Shown: positions 38,269-51,375, counted from the first letter of the stretch. The stretch: DNA of 64,000 nucleotides from Octopus sinensis (GCF_006345805.1 NC_043000.1:84010001-84074000), one strand, 5' to 3'. The notes: generated by a model from the letters alone, not told the origin. A program made the numbers and translations.

Positions 38269-38415
38269 AGGCGTACCTGTGTGGTAAGACGGTTCCGGGT
38301 TCAGTCCCACTGAGTGACACTTTGGGCACCGAAACATAGCCGTTCGGCAAAAGAGACCGAGAGAAATAATTACTACGCTTACAAAAAATAAGTCCCGGGG
38401 TTTCTTCAATCGTCC
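38269..38415 (+). mobile_element. SINE type 1, multiply deleted
   Basis: GTGTGGTAAG is joined directly to ACGGTTCCGGGTTCAGTCCCACTG; later GTTCGGCAAAAGAGACCGA. Confidence 0.7.
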
Positions 38416-40038
38416 TGTTAAGGTTACTTAATTGCCAGCTATCGTCCACTTGTTCTTTTCTCGCATTAAACATTTGATTCACCAGGTAATTGACAAAATA
38501 ATGGGGATGAAGTCAAGTTTACTGTAAAATTTGAGTTGACTGTGACATCAACTTTACTCAACCGGCTTCTGCAACCGTACTGGTTGAATTAGCCGAGAGG
38601 CAAAACCTTACGTATGTGTATATAAAGCTAGTTATCAAGTTATCAAATTAGCTAGTCAGCTTGTAGGCAAGCAAGCCAGTGTGAAAGGTCATCTGTTCAG
38701 AGGAGCATATTTAGGCTACAGAACTGAAAGTATATTTTATTAAGAACAATAAATCCAATAAAAATACGTTTCGTTTTACCTAATGACTTACCAGTGACTA
38801 TATTTGGTTGAAGTCGTTGTATTTTTGTCTTATAAAACACACATACATATAACAGTTACTCTGCAACAGTCAACAATGTAATAGCTATTCTACATAAAAT
38901 TTAATAAATAATCTACGTTGTAAACTTCTGTCCTTGCTACCTACTTCGACCACTTAACCAAACTTCATTGATAAAAGCTGAGAACCCTTTCCTTACAAGT
39001 GGTATTGCTTATAGAGGCAACAGCTAAATCCTTACAATAAACAAGTTGTTGTTAAAGCTTCAACAAGATCCATTAAATGCAGTATAATGAGTCAAGTAAT
39101 TTCTTTCATAATGTACCTCAAACAATGATAATGTTCCACTTGTGAGACAGTGGATATAGTCGAGTATCAATTCGAATGGAATAAATTCGCTAAGACTAGT
39201 TTTGCGCCGGAACTGTTTCCAGATATCAAAATAATCTATTTTCCATAAGACACAACTCCATAAAAACTATTGATCTCTAACTTTGGTACAAGATCACAAA
39301 TTTAATGAAAGCTCGATTTAATCAACCGCAAAACTTGACAAACTTATTTTATCGGATCTCAGAAGATGAAAAGTAAGGACGACCATTCTAGGATTCCGGT
39401 TCTCTGCCGTTTCTGCTACTCATCATTGATTTCGAATTATGGAAAATATGAAAAATAAATTGTCAAAATTGTTTGACACAGGGAACTGATTCTTTAAATA
39501 CAAATAGAAAATAGGAGCATTGTTTCATAATTGGATCACAGGCAAATGGAAAAAGGCCAATGGATTTCAGGAAATGGGATCTAGTGACATTCATGCTATT
39601 CCCAGTGAAATTAGCGAATCGGGTAATCGAAAGAGTTTAGGGGATTTTACTCACACTGGAGCTTATTTCTATTTCATGGTGACTAAAAACAGCAAAAGAA
39701 ATGATTTGATAATTAAATTGGATTCGTAATAAGATAGAATGCTTCAATTTGATAGCGCAGACCTAAATTCAGGACCTGACTCCACAGTTTCTGGCTTTTG
39801 ATCTAAATTGTCAGTCATAGCTAGGCGCCTAGTGCCTAGGAGAGGAAAGAGAATCAGGTAGGATACAGAAGAATAGTAACATATACAAACACACGCAGAT
39901 GCACACACATCCGCGCACGCACACACACATACGCACACAGAACACTCACATACGTATGCACACATGCACGCACACATACACAAACACACATATATATATA
40001 CGTCAGGAGTGGCTGTGTGGTAAGAAGCTTCATTTCTG

Positions 40039-40722
40039 GGTGCTCACCGAAGGATCCTAGGGATGAGGAGGGGAAGGCGAATCTTCCGCACCCTCCCTCA
40101 GTTGAAAAGAAAAAAAGAGGAAGAGGAAGAGAAACGGGACGTTGCCGGCAGTCGGTGACATAGTACCGGAATGTCCCGGAACTACGTCGGTTGGGGTTGT
40201 GCCACCGGCAGGAGAAGAAGCACCGTTGGCGGGAACTGTGCCGCCAATGAAAGAATTGGATATCCCGCCCCCGGAGGAAGACGAAGTATTGATCTTCTAT
40301 AGAGGCGGAGAGATTGAAAAGGTGACGGAAAAGCACCATAAGGGAGCACCTTTAGCCTTCACACAGGAGGCCGAATGGCCTCCGCAGATAGCTGTGGAGG
40401 CCATTACGTTTGACGTGACGTTTAGGCTGAAGGGACTCAATGAGGAATATCGCTTGTACCCGGGCAACGCTGATACGGAACTCGATTCGATTTTGAAAGA
40501 GGCGTGGAGGATGGAAGAGGATGCGGGCACAAGTTATTTTGAGGGTGAGTTATAAATTGTGGCACTGTGTGACACAAACATTTGATAATAGGCACTTCGC
40601 TTTCTTTCTGAACTCCCGGCTGTCAACGTGGTCTGCTCTGCAGGCGGCTAGATTTTTGATGTTTAATTGACTTGTTGATTTTTATGTAAGTGTAGGGTCT
40701 CCATGGCTAATTTGATAAAATA
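40039..40722 (+). mobile_element. 5'-truncated retroposed insert 1 (ORF C-terminus + 3'UTR ending AAAATAA)
   Basis: GC-rich coding-like segment, stop at 40555, AT-rich UTR, bounded by SINE target sequence. Confidence 0.7.
40142..40555 (+). CDS. C-terminal part of an unidentified protein (possibly ORF1-like)
   Basis: Open for 137 aa, Pro/Glu-rich, then PLAFTQEAEWPPQI..DVT..DTELDSILKE. A probable frameshift in the A-run near 40110 hides an upstream KKKRKRKR stretch. Homologous to 40741-40914. Confidence 0.55.
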   Translation: MPAVGDIVPECPGTTSVGVVPPAGEEAPLAGTVPPMKELDIPPPEEDEVLIFYRGGEIEKVTEKHHKGAPLAFTQEAEWPPQIAVEAITFDVTFRLKGLNEEYRLYPGNADTELDSILKEAWRMEEDAGTSYFEGEL

Positions 40723-40738
40723 AAGAAGCTTGCTTCCC

Positions 40739-41230
40739 GGAGGGAGGAGCCCATGCTCTGGACAGGGGACGAGGAGTGGCCTTCGCAGGTGACTACGAAG
40801 ATCATATCGGATGTCACTATGGTCAGGGTAATGAACACCTTCTCAAAGGACATGTTTAGATACGCCTTGAGGGGCCCCGACCTAGAGCTGGTGCATCGCC
40901 TAAGGGAAGTGTAAGCCAGGTCTGGGAGGAGGGGCTTTGTGTATTGTATTTATATATATTATATGTAATTATTGAACTATGTTGTTGTTTGTAATGGACA
41001 ATTAAGTCCAAAAATTGAAAAGTTGTAAAAGTTGTAAGAGGTTTAATACCTCGTTTTGTGTTTGGTTTTAAAGAACAATGTTTTAGAGAAGCAGAAGTCG
41101 GCGGGCGCTTTTTGTCTTCTCCCATCCTTATCATCTTTCTTTCATTATCATTCATTTCATTAATGTCCTTGTCCAGCCCGCAAAGCTACTTTACTCTATG
41201 TACTGCCTTTATGGCAAATATAATGAAATA
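40739..41230 (+). mobile_element. 5'-truncated retroposed insert 2 (ORF C-terminus + 3'UTR ending GAAATA)
   Basis: Encodes REEPMLWTGDEEWPSQVTTKIISDVTMVRVMNTFSKDMFRYALRGPDLELVHRLREV* (40741-40914), followed by an AT-rich UTR. Confidence 0.7.
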
Positions 41231-41365
41231 AAGAAGATTCATTTCTGATCAAACGGTTTCAGATTCAGTCCCACTGTATGGCACCTTGAGAAAGTGTCCT
41301 GTACGATACCCTCGGGACGACTAATGGTTTGTGAGTGGATTTCGTAGAGAGAAACTGAAAGCCCG

Positions 41366-41439
<74 letters not shown>

Positions 41440-41530
41440 TGTGTGTGTTTATTTGTCTGTGTTTGTGTGTGTGCGTGTGTATGTGTGTGTGTGCATCTGT
41501 CTCCCACCACCGCTTGACAACCGGTGTTGA

Positions 41531-42392
41531 AACTGTGGCCTGACTTCGTATCCGAAAGAGTCTTCGAGGGGTTTGATTCTGAGACACCTGTAATCGAGGA
41601 GACAGTATCTCTTGGTAAGTCCATGGGCATTGAAGTTGATGGGGACATTAATGATCTCGTCGAACAACACTCAGAGGAGCTGACGACAGATTAACTCCTG
41701 TAGCTTCAGAAGTAGCAGCATTTGGATGCGGTAGAAGAGATTGGTTCCACGGAGGAAGACACTGTAGCAGAGAATGCTATCTCTACGAGTGACATAAAGG
41801 CAATGTTAGCAAAGTGTTTCTGAATTTGTAGAAAAATATCATCATGAAAAAGTAGCAACAGGTCGTGCAGCTGCTTTATTTAATAACTCTGCTCTGGCGC
41901 ATTTTCATGCCATTTTGAAAGGCAGGAAAAAGTAGACTGCTCTTGATATGTTTCTAATGAAACGACCTGCAAATGTAAAAAGTGAAGAAAGTGTGTCCAA
42001 AAAGCCAAAATTAAGCGAAGTGAGAGAGAAAATGCCAGAAATTGCTCTTATTGAAGTCTTAATGGAAGGAGAATCTCCTTCCAAACAGTGATCCTCCTCC
42101 TCGTTCCATCTTCTTCCTCACGTACAAATTGTCCCATATTTAAGGTAATTCAGTTAATAAAACCAGTTTGCATATTTCCTTTTCATTCTCTTTTTTTTTA
42201 CAGTTGTCATTTTGTAACTACGCCTCTGTTTTAAAATCCATAAAAATATATTATTGAGTTGTTCTGTGGGGTTGGAACGAATTAATTATATTTCAGTTAA
42301 TTTCAATGGGGAAAATTGATTTGTAAAGCGAGTAAATCGTAAGACGAGCTCGGTCATGGAACAAATTAAAGTCGTGCTGTGAGGTATCAGTG
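41531..42392 (+). mobile_element. pogo/Tigger-like DNA transposon 3' part
   Basis: Peptide LWPDFV..FEGFD..VIEETVSLGKSMGIEVD.DINDLVEQHSEELTT..LDMFL. The terminus GAGGTATCAGTG followed by TA resembles the reverse complement of a CAGTGGTACCTC-type TIR. Confidence 0.8.
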
Positions 42393-42644
42393 TATTTTAT
42401 TGCTGTTGAAGCAACTACTGGTAATAAACCGACGGAAAAGGAACAGTCGATTACAACGATCATAGTATTTAACTCTTACCAATTCTCTTAATTCTTGGAA
42501 CAATGACAAGAAAGCCAAACCCCGTAGGGGTGCGATTATAGCAGGTACAAAACTTGTGTTTACACATGAGAATGTTGACCATATGTGTTGGGAAGTTACT
42601 CTCATACACATACGCACACTCATAGATACCCATATACACATCTG

Positions 42645-42727
<83 letters not shown>

Positions 42728-42730
42728 TTA

Positions 42731-43069
42731 TACACGAGAAGATACCCCAAACTAACAAAAACGTTCTGTGGAACAAACCCGTTGTAGTTCAGGCTTCCGT
42801 TGCTAGAAGTCACTTGATGCGACTCTCAAGTATCAGTGTGCCGACCGGCGTTGTCCAATGAAATCATACTGCCACGTGGTGCGTCTTTGTTTTGCAGTGC
42901 TTCTACTCCCCTGTTTGTCGATTTTTGCGATGGCTGAAATGAAGGAACAGCGTGCCTCCGTGAAATTCTGTTTTCTGCTGGAGAAAACAGAGGCCGAAAC
43001 AGTTATACTTCAAACAACTTAGAAGGCTGCTGCCATGAGCAAAACACAAGTTTGCAAATGGTTTCCACA
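42731..43069 (+). mobile_element. mariner 5' fragment
   Basis: Peptide MAEMKEQRASVKFCFLLEKTEAET..MSKTQVCKWF, an N-terminal HTH typical of mariners. Confidence 0.75.
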
Positions 43070-43690
43070 GGTCACTGCCTAGAATCGAACTCGGAATCTT
43101 GGGGTTAGTAGCCCGCGCTCTTAACCACTACACCATATGCCCGTAGGCAACTATGGATTAAATTTTAGGGTTTAGCAATCTAATATTTTCCTATCCTTCC
43201 TTAATACCGGTTCCCATATGCTATTCATATCTGCACCCAGTCTATTTAGAAGGTTGTGTCCTAGCATATGTGTTGCTTCTTTTAGTTTTCGTATTTTCCA
43301 GTGGTGTTCTCTGTCTGTTATTTTAACTTCATCCCGCAGGGGGAGGTGGTCTCCATTTTTCCACACATGATCAGCTATACCCGATTTATCAATATCTCCT
43401 CGTGTCACAGCGTTGCAATGTTCCTCTACCCTTATTTTGAGTGGGGGGGGGCATGTTTCACCTTTGTATAACCTACCACAGCTGCATGGGATGGAGTACA
43501 CCCAGTTCTTGGTCATATTCTCTTCTCTTGGTGGTTTTACTGAAGGAGATATTTGCGAAGCTTTGTAAAACCACCAATAGAAGAGAATACGACCAAAAAC
43601 TGCGTATACTCCATCCCATGCAGCTGTGGTAGGTTAAGAGCGCGGGCTACTAACCCCAAGATTCTGAGCTCGATTCGAGGCAGTGACCTA
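43070..43690. mobile_element. Penelope-like element 3' fragments in inverted arrangement
   Basis: Minus-strand GIY-YIG ORF followed by a tRNA-like segment; a 72-bp inverted duplication at 43469-43540 / 43565-43636; a second tRNA-like segment at 43632-43690. Confidence 0.75.
43172..43516 (-). CDS. GIY-YIG endonuclease domain (Penelope-type), truncated
   Basis: Peptide VYSIPCSCGRLYKGET..LKIRVEEH..SGIADHVW..H..RKLKEA.H..LLNR..G..W.P. Confidence 0.8.
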   Translation of the reverse strand: MTKNWVYSIPCSCGRLYKGETCPPPLKIRVEEHCNAVTRGDIDKSGIADHVWKNGDHLPLRDEVKITDREHHWKIRKLKEATHMLGHNLLNRLGADMNSIWEPVLRKDRKILDC

Positions 43691-43709
43691 AATGATGATG
43701 ATGATGGTA

Positions 43710-43747
<38 letters not shown>

Positions 43748-43766
43748 AATAATAATAATAATAATA

Positions 43767-43889
<123 letters not shown>

Positions 43890-43941
43890 TAATAATAATA
43901 ACATCGCAAAATACTTTAGGAATGAGGACCCATTATAAGTG

Positions 43942-44365
43942 GCGAGCTGACAGAATCGTTAGTACACGGGGCTAAACGCTTAACGGCATTTCATCCGTCT
44001 TTACGTCCTGAGTTCAATTTCCGCCGACATCGACTTTGCCTTTCATCCTTTCGGGGTCGATAAAATGAGTACCAGATGAACATTGGAATCGATGTTATTG
44101 ACCTGCCTTCTCACTCAAAATTGCTGCCCTTGTGGAAAAATTTGAAAGCGTCGTAGCAAGGCGGTGAGCTGGCAGAATCGTTAGCGCGCCGGGCAAAATG
44201 TTTAGCGGCATTTCGTCCGCCCTTACCCTCTGAGTTTAAATTCCGCCGAGGTCGACTTTGCCTTTCATCCTTTCGGGGTCGATAAATCAAGCACCTATAA
44301 AACACTGGGATCGATGTAGTCAACTTGTCCCCTCCCACAAAATCTCAGGCTTCGTGCCTTCACTA
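43942..44365 (+). mobile_element. two tandem SINE type 2 copies
   Basis: Heads GGCGAGCTG.CAGAATCGTTAG at about 43950 and 44160; both cores read CGACTTTGCCTTTCATCCTTTCGGGGTCGATAAA. Confidence 0.85.
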
Positions 44366-44384
44366 GATAGGATTATTATTATCA

Positions 44385-44448
<64 letters not shown>

Positions 44449-45794
44449 TATTATTATTATTATTATTATCATCATCATTATTATTATTAATGATGCACTC
44501 TTACATTCAATGTACTTGTTATTATTGTTGTTGTTGTTGTAATTGTTGCTGTGTTTGTTCAGCGCCCTATTAATCGTTGTTGAGCTCCAATCAAAGACAT
44601 TTATGCCTTGACCATTCAATGCTTTTTACTGACAAAATATATCTAGAAATATATCGTTTAATGTGTTGGTTGTTGTAAAATACAAGAGGAGATTTGATAA
44701 TTATTGCAAGCAGGTTGGGCGTCTATGTTTTCTCGTTGGTTGATGGATGTTGAGTTCTTTTATCTTGTACCAATTTGGAAATAGAATCATCATGAAATTT
44801 CAGCTATGTTTGAGAATATGATATGCGACACATGCCATATCAATTGTTATTAGGGATTCCATGCTGGTTGCTAATATCGTTCTTATCACAGAAAACGTTG
44901 CTTATGCTGTGACGGTTGTTGTTCTTGCCTTTATTATCGTTTATTAGTTTATTCACATGGATTTGTGTCGCTCATACTCTAGTTAAAAAGCCACACTCTA
45001 AATAAGTGTTGTTGCATGGATTGTCAGTCAAACTGGTTGAGAAAGACTTAAGAGATATTTAATTTTCTATTAACACACATCACTTTTCTGTCGGGAAGTT
45101 TCGTCTTATCGAGCTTCTGTTGTAATACTCCTTCTTCGTGCATAGGTTCCATGGTACGAGTCTAAGCAATCCACACTAACACGCAACTCGACAATCATAC
45201 AGAATGAATATCGTCCATTTCTGTATTAAAATATTTTATCCTGAAGGAAGGGTTGATGACGTTAAAATTTTCTTTGCTAAATCTTTGGTTCTCGTCTTTC
45301 GAGAACCACTCATTTCTCCAACAAAGTAAGGTAGGAGCAATAAGTGGTTGAGGATGACGTTGATGTTGCTACCTCTGCTAATCATCGCTCCATATGTTGC
45401 ATATAAAATTAATGTTCTTTAAAGACATAGATAGCGAGTGTTATTTCTACAGATGTTATGTCATTTTCATATTGTGTGTGCAGAGCATTGTCTTCGGGAG
45501 CCTATTTACGTGAAGACAATAGCAACAGTTACACAATAACTTTTAAATGTTAACATCGTGCAGATAATCAAAAGATAAAAAAACAAAAACCTGCTATTGA
45601 CTAGAGCAACAGATTTTCTAAAAGCTGGGAAATATGCCAAATTAGGTACCGTACTTAAACGGAAGTGAGGTATTCTAGCGGTATTTCTTCTCATTTTTCT
45701 CGCTACACATTTTAATTTTTTTCTTAAATGTTTGGAAAATTTGGCATTCAAACAGTGGAAAATAATTTTTTTTATGGCATTGTTTTGTTTTTTG

Positions 45795-45835
<41 letters not shown>

Positions 45836-47008
45836 ACACACACACATACACACACATAGACACACAATCATCCATGTAATGTGCTTCCAGAAGTAAACCA
45901 AAATATTTCGAAGAATTTAAGAAAGATTATTTGAACAGATTAATGAAATTCACTTTATTTTTGTAGGTAAAAACAATAAAGGCGTTTAACGAATATTAAC
46001 AGATTAACGGATTAACGGATTAACACATGAATGAATTACGTTTCTCACCCAATAACACGAACAGTCTATGCAAGAGCATCCACACAGTGTCCGGCTACTC
46101 ATTTTTTTTTTACACGGCTTGGGTCAACTCAAAGTGTCATCCTATAGATAGCAAATTGGCAACGTTGTTAGAGTGCCGGACAAAACTCCTTGCAGTATTT
46201 ATTCTGATACGTTGCATTCTGAGTTCCAATCTCGCCGATGAAAATTTTAACTTTTACATTTCTTAAGACGATAAAAAAAAAGTGACAGCCCAAAGCTGTT
46301 GATTACTGGAATGGTTACCTTGTTCGATGAGATATCTAACAGAATTTTTTCTAGCTCTTTGAATCTGGGTTCAAAACAGACTTACTCCATCACGTGATTT
46401 AATATAACCACGTAACACTTGGGCACTTGGATGCCCTTAGCGACGGATTCGGATCTGTTACACTCACTCGTGTTTAGTTTCTGGTTTGAGGATAACGTTA
46501 TCCTCTTCCATCATGATTCCTGGGAGAACTGGAAAAGGTCAAGGTCATAGTACTTTATGTTAAGTGACAAAACAAGCGGAACTGAACACGGAACCACTAG
46601 AATACAATCGAAATTCTTAACCACTCAGCCATGTCGGCTTAGAATTAAAAGAATGGATGAAGGTGACGATAATAATGGCGAAGTAACTGACAATACTGTT
46701 AGGTTATACAAATTATAACCATTGCATATAGCACATTGTTGGAAGTAGATTGTCGACATTCAAACCATTCGCTTTATCAGACTTCTATCTATTATATTTT
46801 TCGCTTTCAATTCATTTGTGCACGTGCGTTTGAGTGTGCGTGTACGTGTGAATGTATGTGCTCGAGCGTGTATGTGTGTGTGTGCGTTTGTGTGTGTGTG
46901 TGTGTGTGTGCGCACGCGCACGCGCGTGTGTGTGTAACATACAAATTTCGAGGAAGTACATGCATATATGTATATGCATATGTATGTATATGTATGTGTG
47001 TATGTATG

Positions 47009-47062
<54 letters not shown>

Positions 47063-47073
47063 ATATACATATG

Positions 47074-47108
<35 letters not shown>

Positions 47109-47140
47109 ATACATATGCACACACACACACACACACACAT

Positions 47141-47176
<36 letters not shown>

Positions 47177-47479
47177 TTGCAAACACCACAATATTTTCTT
47201 TACCTACTTTCTTTCTCTCTCTTTCCTTTTCTTTTCTTTTCCTCTATTTTCGTTCTTTCTCTCTTCATTTGCACCTTAATTTTATTGTTATCTTTTATTT
47301 TGCACTTTCTAAAATTCCGTCAATTATAGACACGTTGCTTTCTTTTAATTTTGTTAGTTTTGTTTACAAGCAAAACCCTCACAGCACACACTGTCACATA
47401 CACACACACACATTCTTTGTTTTGTCTTGTGCTGTCCCTAATGTTTTCTTAATGTAAACTTTTGCGGTTAATAAAGAAA

Positions 47480-47480
47480 G

Positions 47481-47568
<88 letters not shown>

Positions 47569-47643
47569 GTTATTGTTAATGTCATTGTTGTTGTTGTTAT
47601 TATTATTATTATTATATTGTTATTGTTAATGTCATTGTTGTTG

Positions 47644-47682
<39 letters not shown>

Positions 47683-47780
47683 TATTATTATTATTATTAT
47701 TATTATTGTTATTGTTAATGTCATTGTTGTTGTTGTTATTATTATTATTATTATTGTTATTGTTAATGTCATTGTTGTTG

Positions 47781-47828
<48 letters not shown>

Positions 47829-47861
47829 TATTATTATTATTATTATCAGTAGTAGTAGTAT

Positions 47862-47900
<39 letters not shown>
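47480..47900. repeat. compound (CAT)n/(ATT)n/(GTA)n microsatellite with an internal 32-bp unit x4
   Basis: TTGTTATTGTTAATGTCATTGTTGTTGTTGTT at 47567, 47617, 47706 and 47754. Confidence 0.9.
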
Positions 47901-47901
<1 letters not shown>

Positions 47902-48482
47902 CTTAGCAGTAGTTTCAGCAACAATAATAGTTCCAACCGACTGCAACATTTCAAAAAGAAAACCCTCACTCCTACCTCGCATACCTTTTCTTCTCCCGTC
48001 TCCATCCCCAACCTCCTCGCACTTTGCATTCAACAAGTCAATACCGATCACATGTAGCCCACATGTAAGCCCACCACCACCACCACTTTGCCTTCCGTTT
48101 TACACGTTTCAATTATTACCCATCTCTTACACCTATTTCCGTCTTGTAATTCACGCCACCTCGAAATTATTAATCTCCTTCTCTCTCGTTCTTCTCCTAC
48201 TCCTATTGGAAACATTCAAAGACTAAACAGAGTTATTCATATAGACTTATTGTTTATTGATAAATTTTCATGCGTTTGAATCTGGACTTGAAAGTTCGAA
48301 TACATTAGACGCAAAACTTGAAATAATACGATATTGTAGGAAGTCATGCACCATTTCCCGATCATGCTATTATTGGTTCTTTGTTTGTTTGTTTGTTTGT
48401 TTGGGGGGGCTTCGTTCGTTTTCTTTTAGTATTGCTGGTTACAACACATGCCTTACAGGTACCCTCTGGAGGTAAGAACAAC

Positions 48483-48513
<31 letters not shown>

Positions 48514-48825
48514 CTGAGAGAGAGGGAGGGAGAAAGAAAGAGAATGAGACACATACAGAGTGTGTCACACAGAAACACACACACACAGATGCAGATATAT
48601 GTACGTATGTACGTATCTATCAATCTATCTATATATGCAGATATATTTGTGAGTGTATGTGTGCATTCATACACACGTGCACATAAATACACACTAACAC
48701 ATCCGAGAGAGGGGAGAGATAAAGAAGAGAGAGAGGGAGAGAGAAAAAGAGGGAGTGACAGAGAGAGAGAGAGAGAGAAGAGAAACAAAATAAAAGAAAA
48801 TTGAGGAAGAATAATTACAAAAACA

Positions 48826-48866
<41 letters not shown>

Positions 48867-49438
48867 TAATAATAATAATAGTAATAATAATAATCCTTTC
48901 AAAATGATCAAAGAGAAAAATCAATGCTGAAGTGATTAAAATGGCGGGAAATCTAAAAATGGCAGCAGTTTTGAATGGCTTGTTAGCAAGTTGAGTGTTG
49001 TTAGTCCATGTAATGTGGTTTTGTATAAGGAAAGAGGTGCAGAGAGTTGGAAGGTTTTTGTTTTTTTTAAACTATTCCAGCAGTTGCTCAGTGGTGTTTA
49101 TTTGAAGTTATAGGTAATTATTTGAACCAGATATTTTGTTTCGTGGCAGACTGAAAATAAAATTGCAGCTAAGAGATTAAAAAAATAAATGGGTAGTTTT
49201 TTTCTAGATGTTATTTTTTTAAAAGTAAAACAAAAAAAGAAAAATGTATAAACTATGATAAATAACAAAAAATAATTGAAAAAAAATAAGACATTTAACT
49301 TCCATACATACTATCACATCAATGTATCGATTCATGTACAAGATTAACTCACAACGCAAATGCAAAAACAAATTTACCACGATTATTCGGTTTAAAAATA
49401 AATATCACGACAATAACAACAGCTACTACTACTACTAC

Positions 49439-49471
<33 letters not shown>

Positions 49472-49550
49472 CACCACCACCACCACTACCACCACCACCA
49501 CCACCATCACCGCCACCACCGCCACCACCACCATCACCACCACCACCACC

Positions 49551-49593
<43 letters not shown>

Positions 49594-50007
49594 ATAATAA
49601 TAATAAATATAGCCTGAAAGAAAATTAATTCGTAATTTTGTGAAAGTGAAACATTTTATATCTCCTGTGCAGTAAGTGATAGGCAATCAAATTCTCTAAA
49701 CTAATGTAATCAGATAGTTTGTCAAACAGTAAATTATTTGAGATTGTAATCATGATGTCATCTAATGACATAATCGTTGTTTTATGTGTGAGAAAAACAG
49801 TAAAAGCTAAGCTTGATCAGTGATCACACTGCTACACATTTATACCACTTATACAAATATGACTACAGAGGCACACGTATCTGTTAACATATTTACATAA
49901 ATATACAAATACATTTCATGCATAGATACATGTGTACACACACCAACATACATAAATATATACATATATGTAAACATATATACATTCTTGCATATGCACA
50001 TATATAC

Positions 50008-50060
<53 letters not shown>

Positions 50061-50710
50061 AATATACAAACGTATATACTTTCTTGCATGCGCACATATA
50101 TTTATATAGCATAAATATATATATGTGTATGTATGTGTGTGCGTGTGTTTGTTTGCGTGTGTATGTGTATGTGTTTGTGTGTGTGTGCGTATGTATGAAC
50201 ATACATAAACACTCATGCGCACATCGTCACAATATCTATACAAAAGCACAAGTATACACATATTCATGCATGCACACCGTGTACGCATATTTCTCCCTGT
50301 GCACACGCGTTTATCTGTATCTAGAGGTACACAGATTCACTACGCGCACGCGCATTGAACATCTCTCGGCAGATTCAGTCGTGGATACACTAATCGTTGT
50401 TGTATTCCGTCTTCGGAGAGCATCTCCTTTCAGACGATGTATGTCGGCAACACACTCAACTCAGTGACGTGATGTGACTGCGACACTGTTGCATCTGATT
50501 TGGTTTTATCTCTTCTGTCAAATATATCCTCGGATCAATGAATTTAAACAAATTCAAGCCAAGAAATTATTCATTGATGCTTGTTGATGTCTACCAACCT
50601 GATACTTAATTTTTTGTACAGTGAACAGCGAAACTAAAAACGATGACGTACCATCAATATACGCTCTCTCTGTGCCACCGATTTTATGACACATTTACTA
50701 TTAAGCAGAC

Positions 50711-50839
50711 ATGATGTGTTGTTTTAGGATGATTGATGCTTTTCTTTTCTCTGTTTCTATGACTTTCGACTGGTTAAAATATCAAGGAGAAACTTTCCAA
50801 GCTGCTATAGCTAACTATATTATTCATCTTACTGAAGAG
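50711..50839 (+). CDS. candidate host exon (phase-0 donor)
   Basis: Open frame ..MTFDWLKYQGETFQAAIANYIIHLTEE then GAG|GTGATA, in non-repetitive sequence. No homology recognised. Confidence 0.3.
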
Positions 50840-50912
50840 GTGATAATATGTGTGTGTTGCTCAATGCTGGGAATTACTTGTGACATTGAGTACTACAATC
50901 ATTTACATACAA

Positions 50913-51150
<238 letters not shown>

Positions 51151-51168
51151 GTACATATATATATGTAT

Positions 51169-51228
<60 letters not shown>

Positions 51229-51375
51229 TGTGTGTGTGAATGTATATATGTGTGTGTATATATAATATATATATGCATATATATATATATTATATATATA
51301 TACATATACATATATATACATATATATATATGTATATATATATGTATATATATATATGTATATATATGTATATGT

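Larger units (their letters stand above)
40004..41527 (+). mobile_element. SINE type 1 split by a tandem insertion (head 40004-40038, remainder 41231-41527)
   Basis: CAGGAGTGGCTGTGTGGTAAGAAGCTTCATTTCTG ... AAGAAGATTCATTTCTGATCAAACGGTTTCAGATTCAGTCCCACTG..., giving a 17-bp TSD with one mismatch. Confidence 0.85.

Noticed and set aside
47567-47785. CRISPR-like repeat-spacer appearance
   Set aside because: The spacers are only (ATT)n, the context is eukaryotic, and there are no cas genes.
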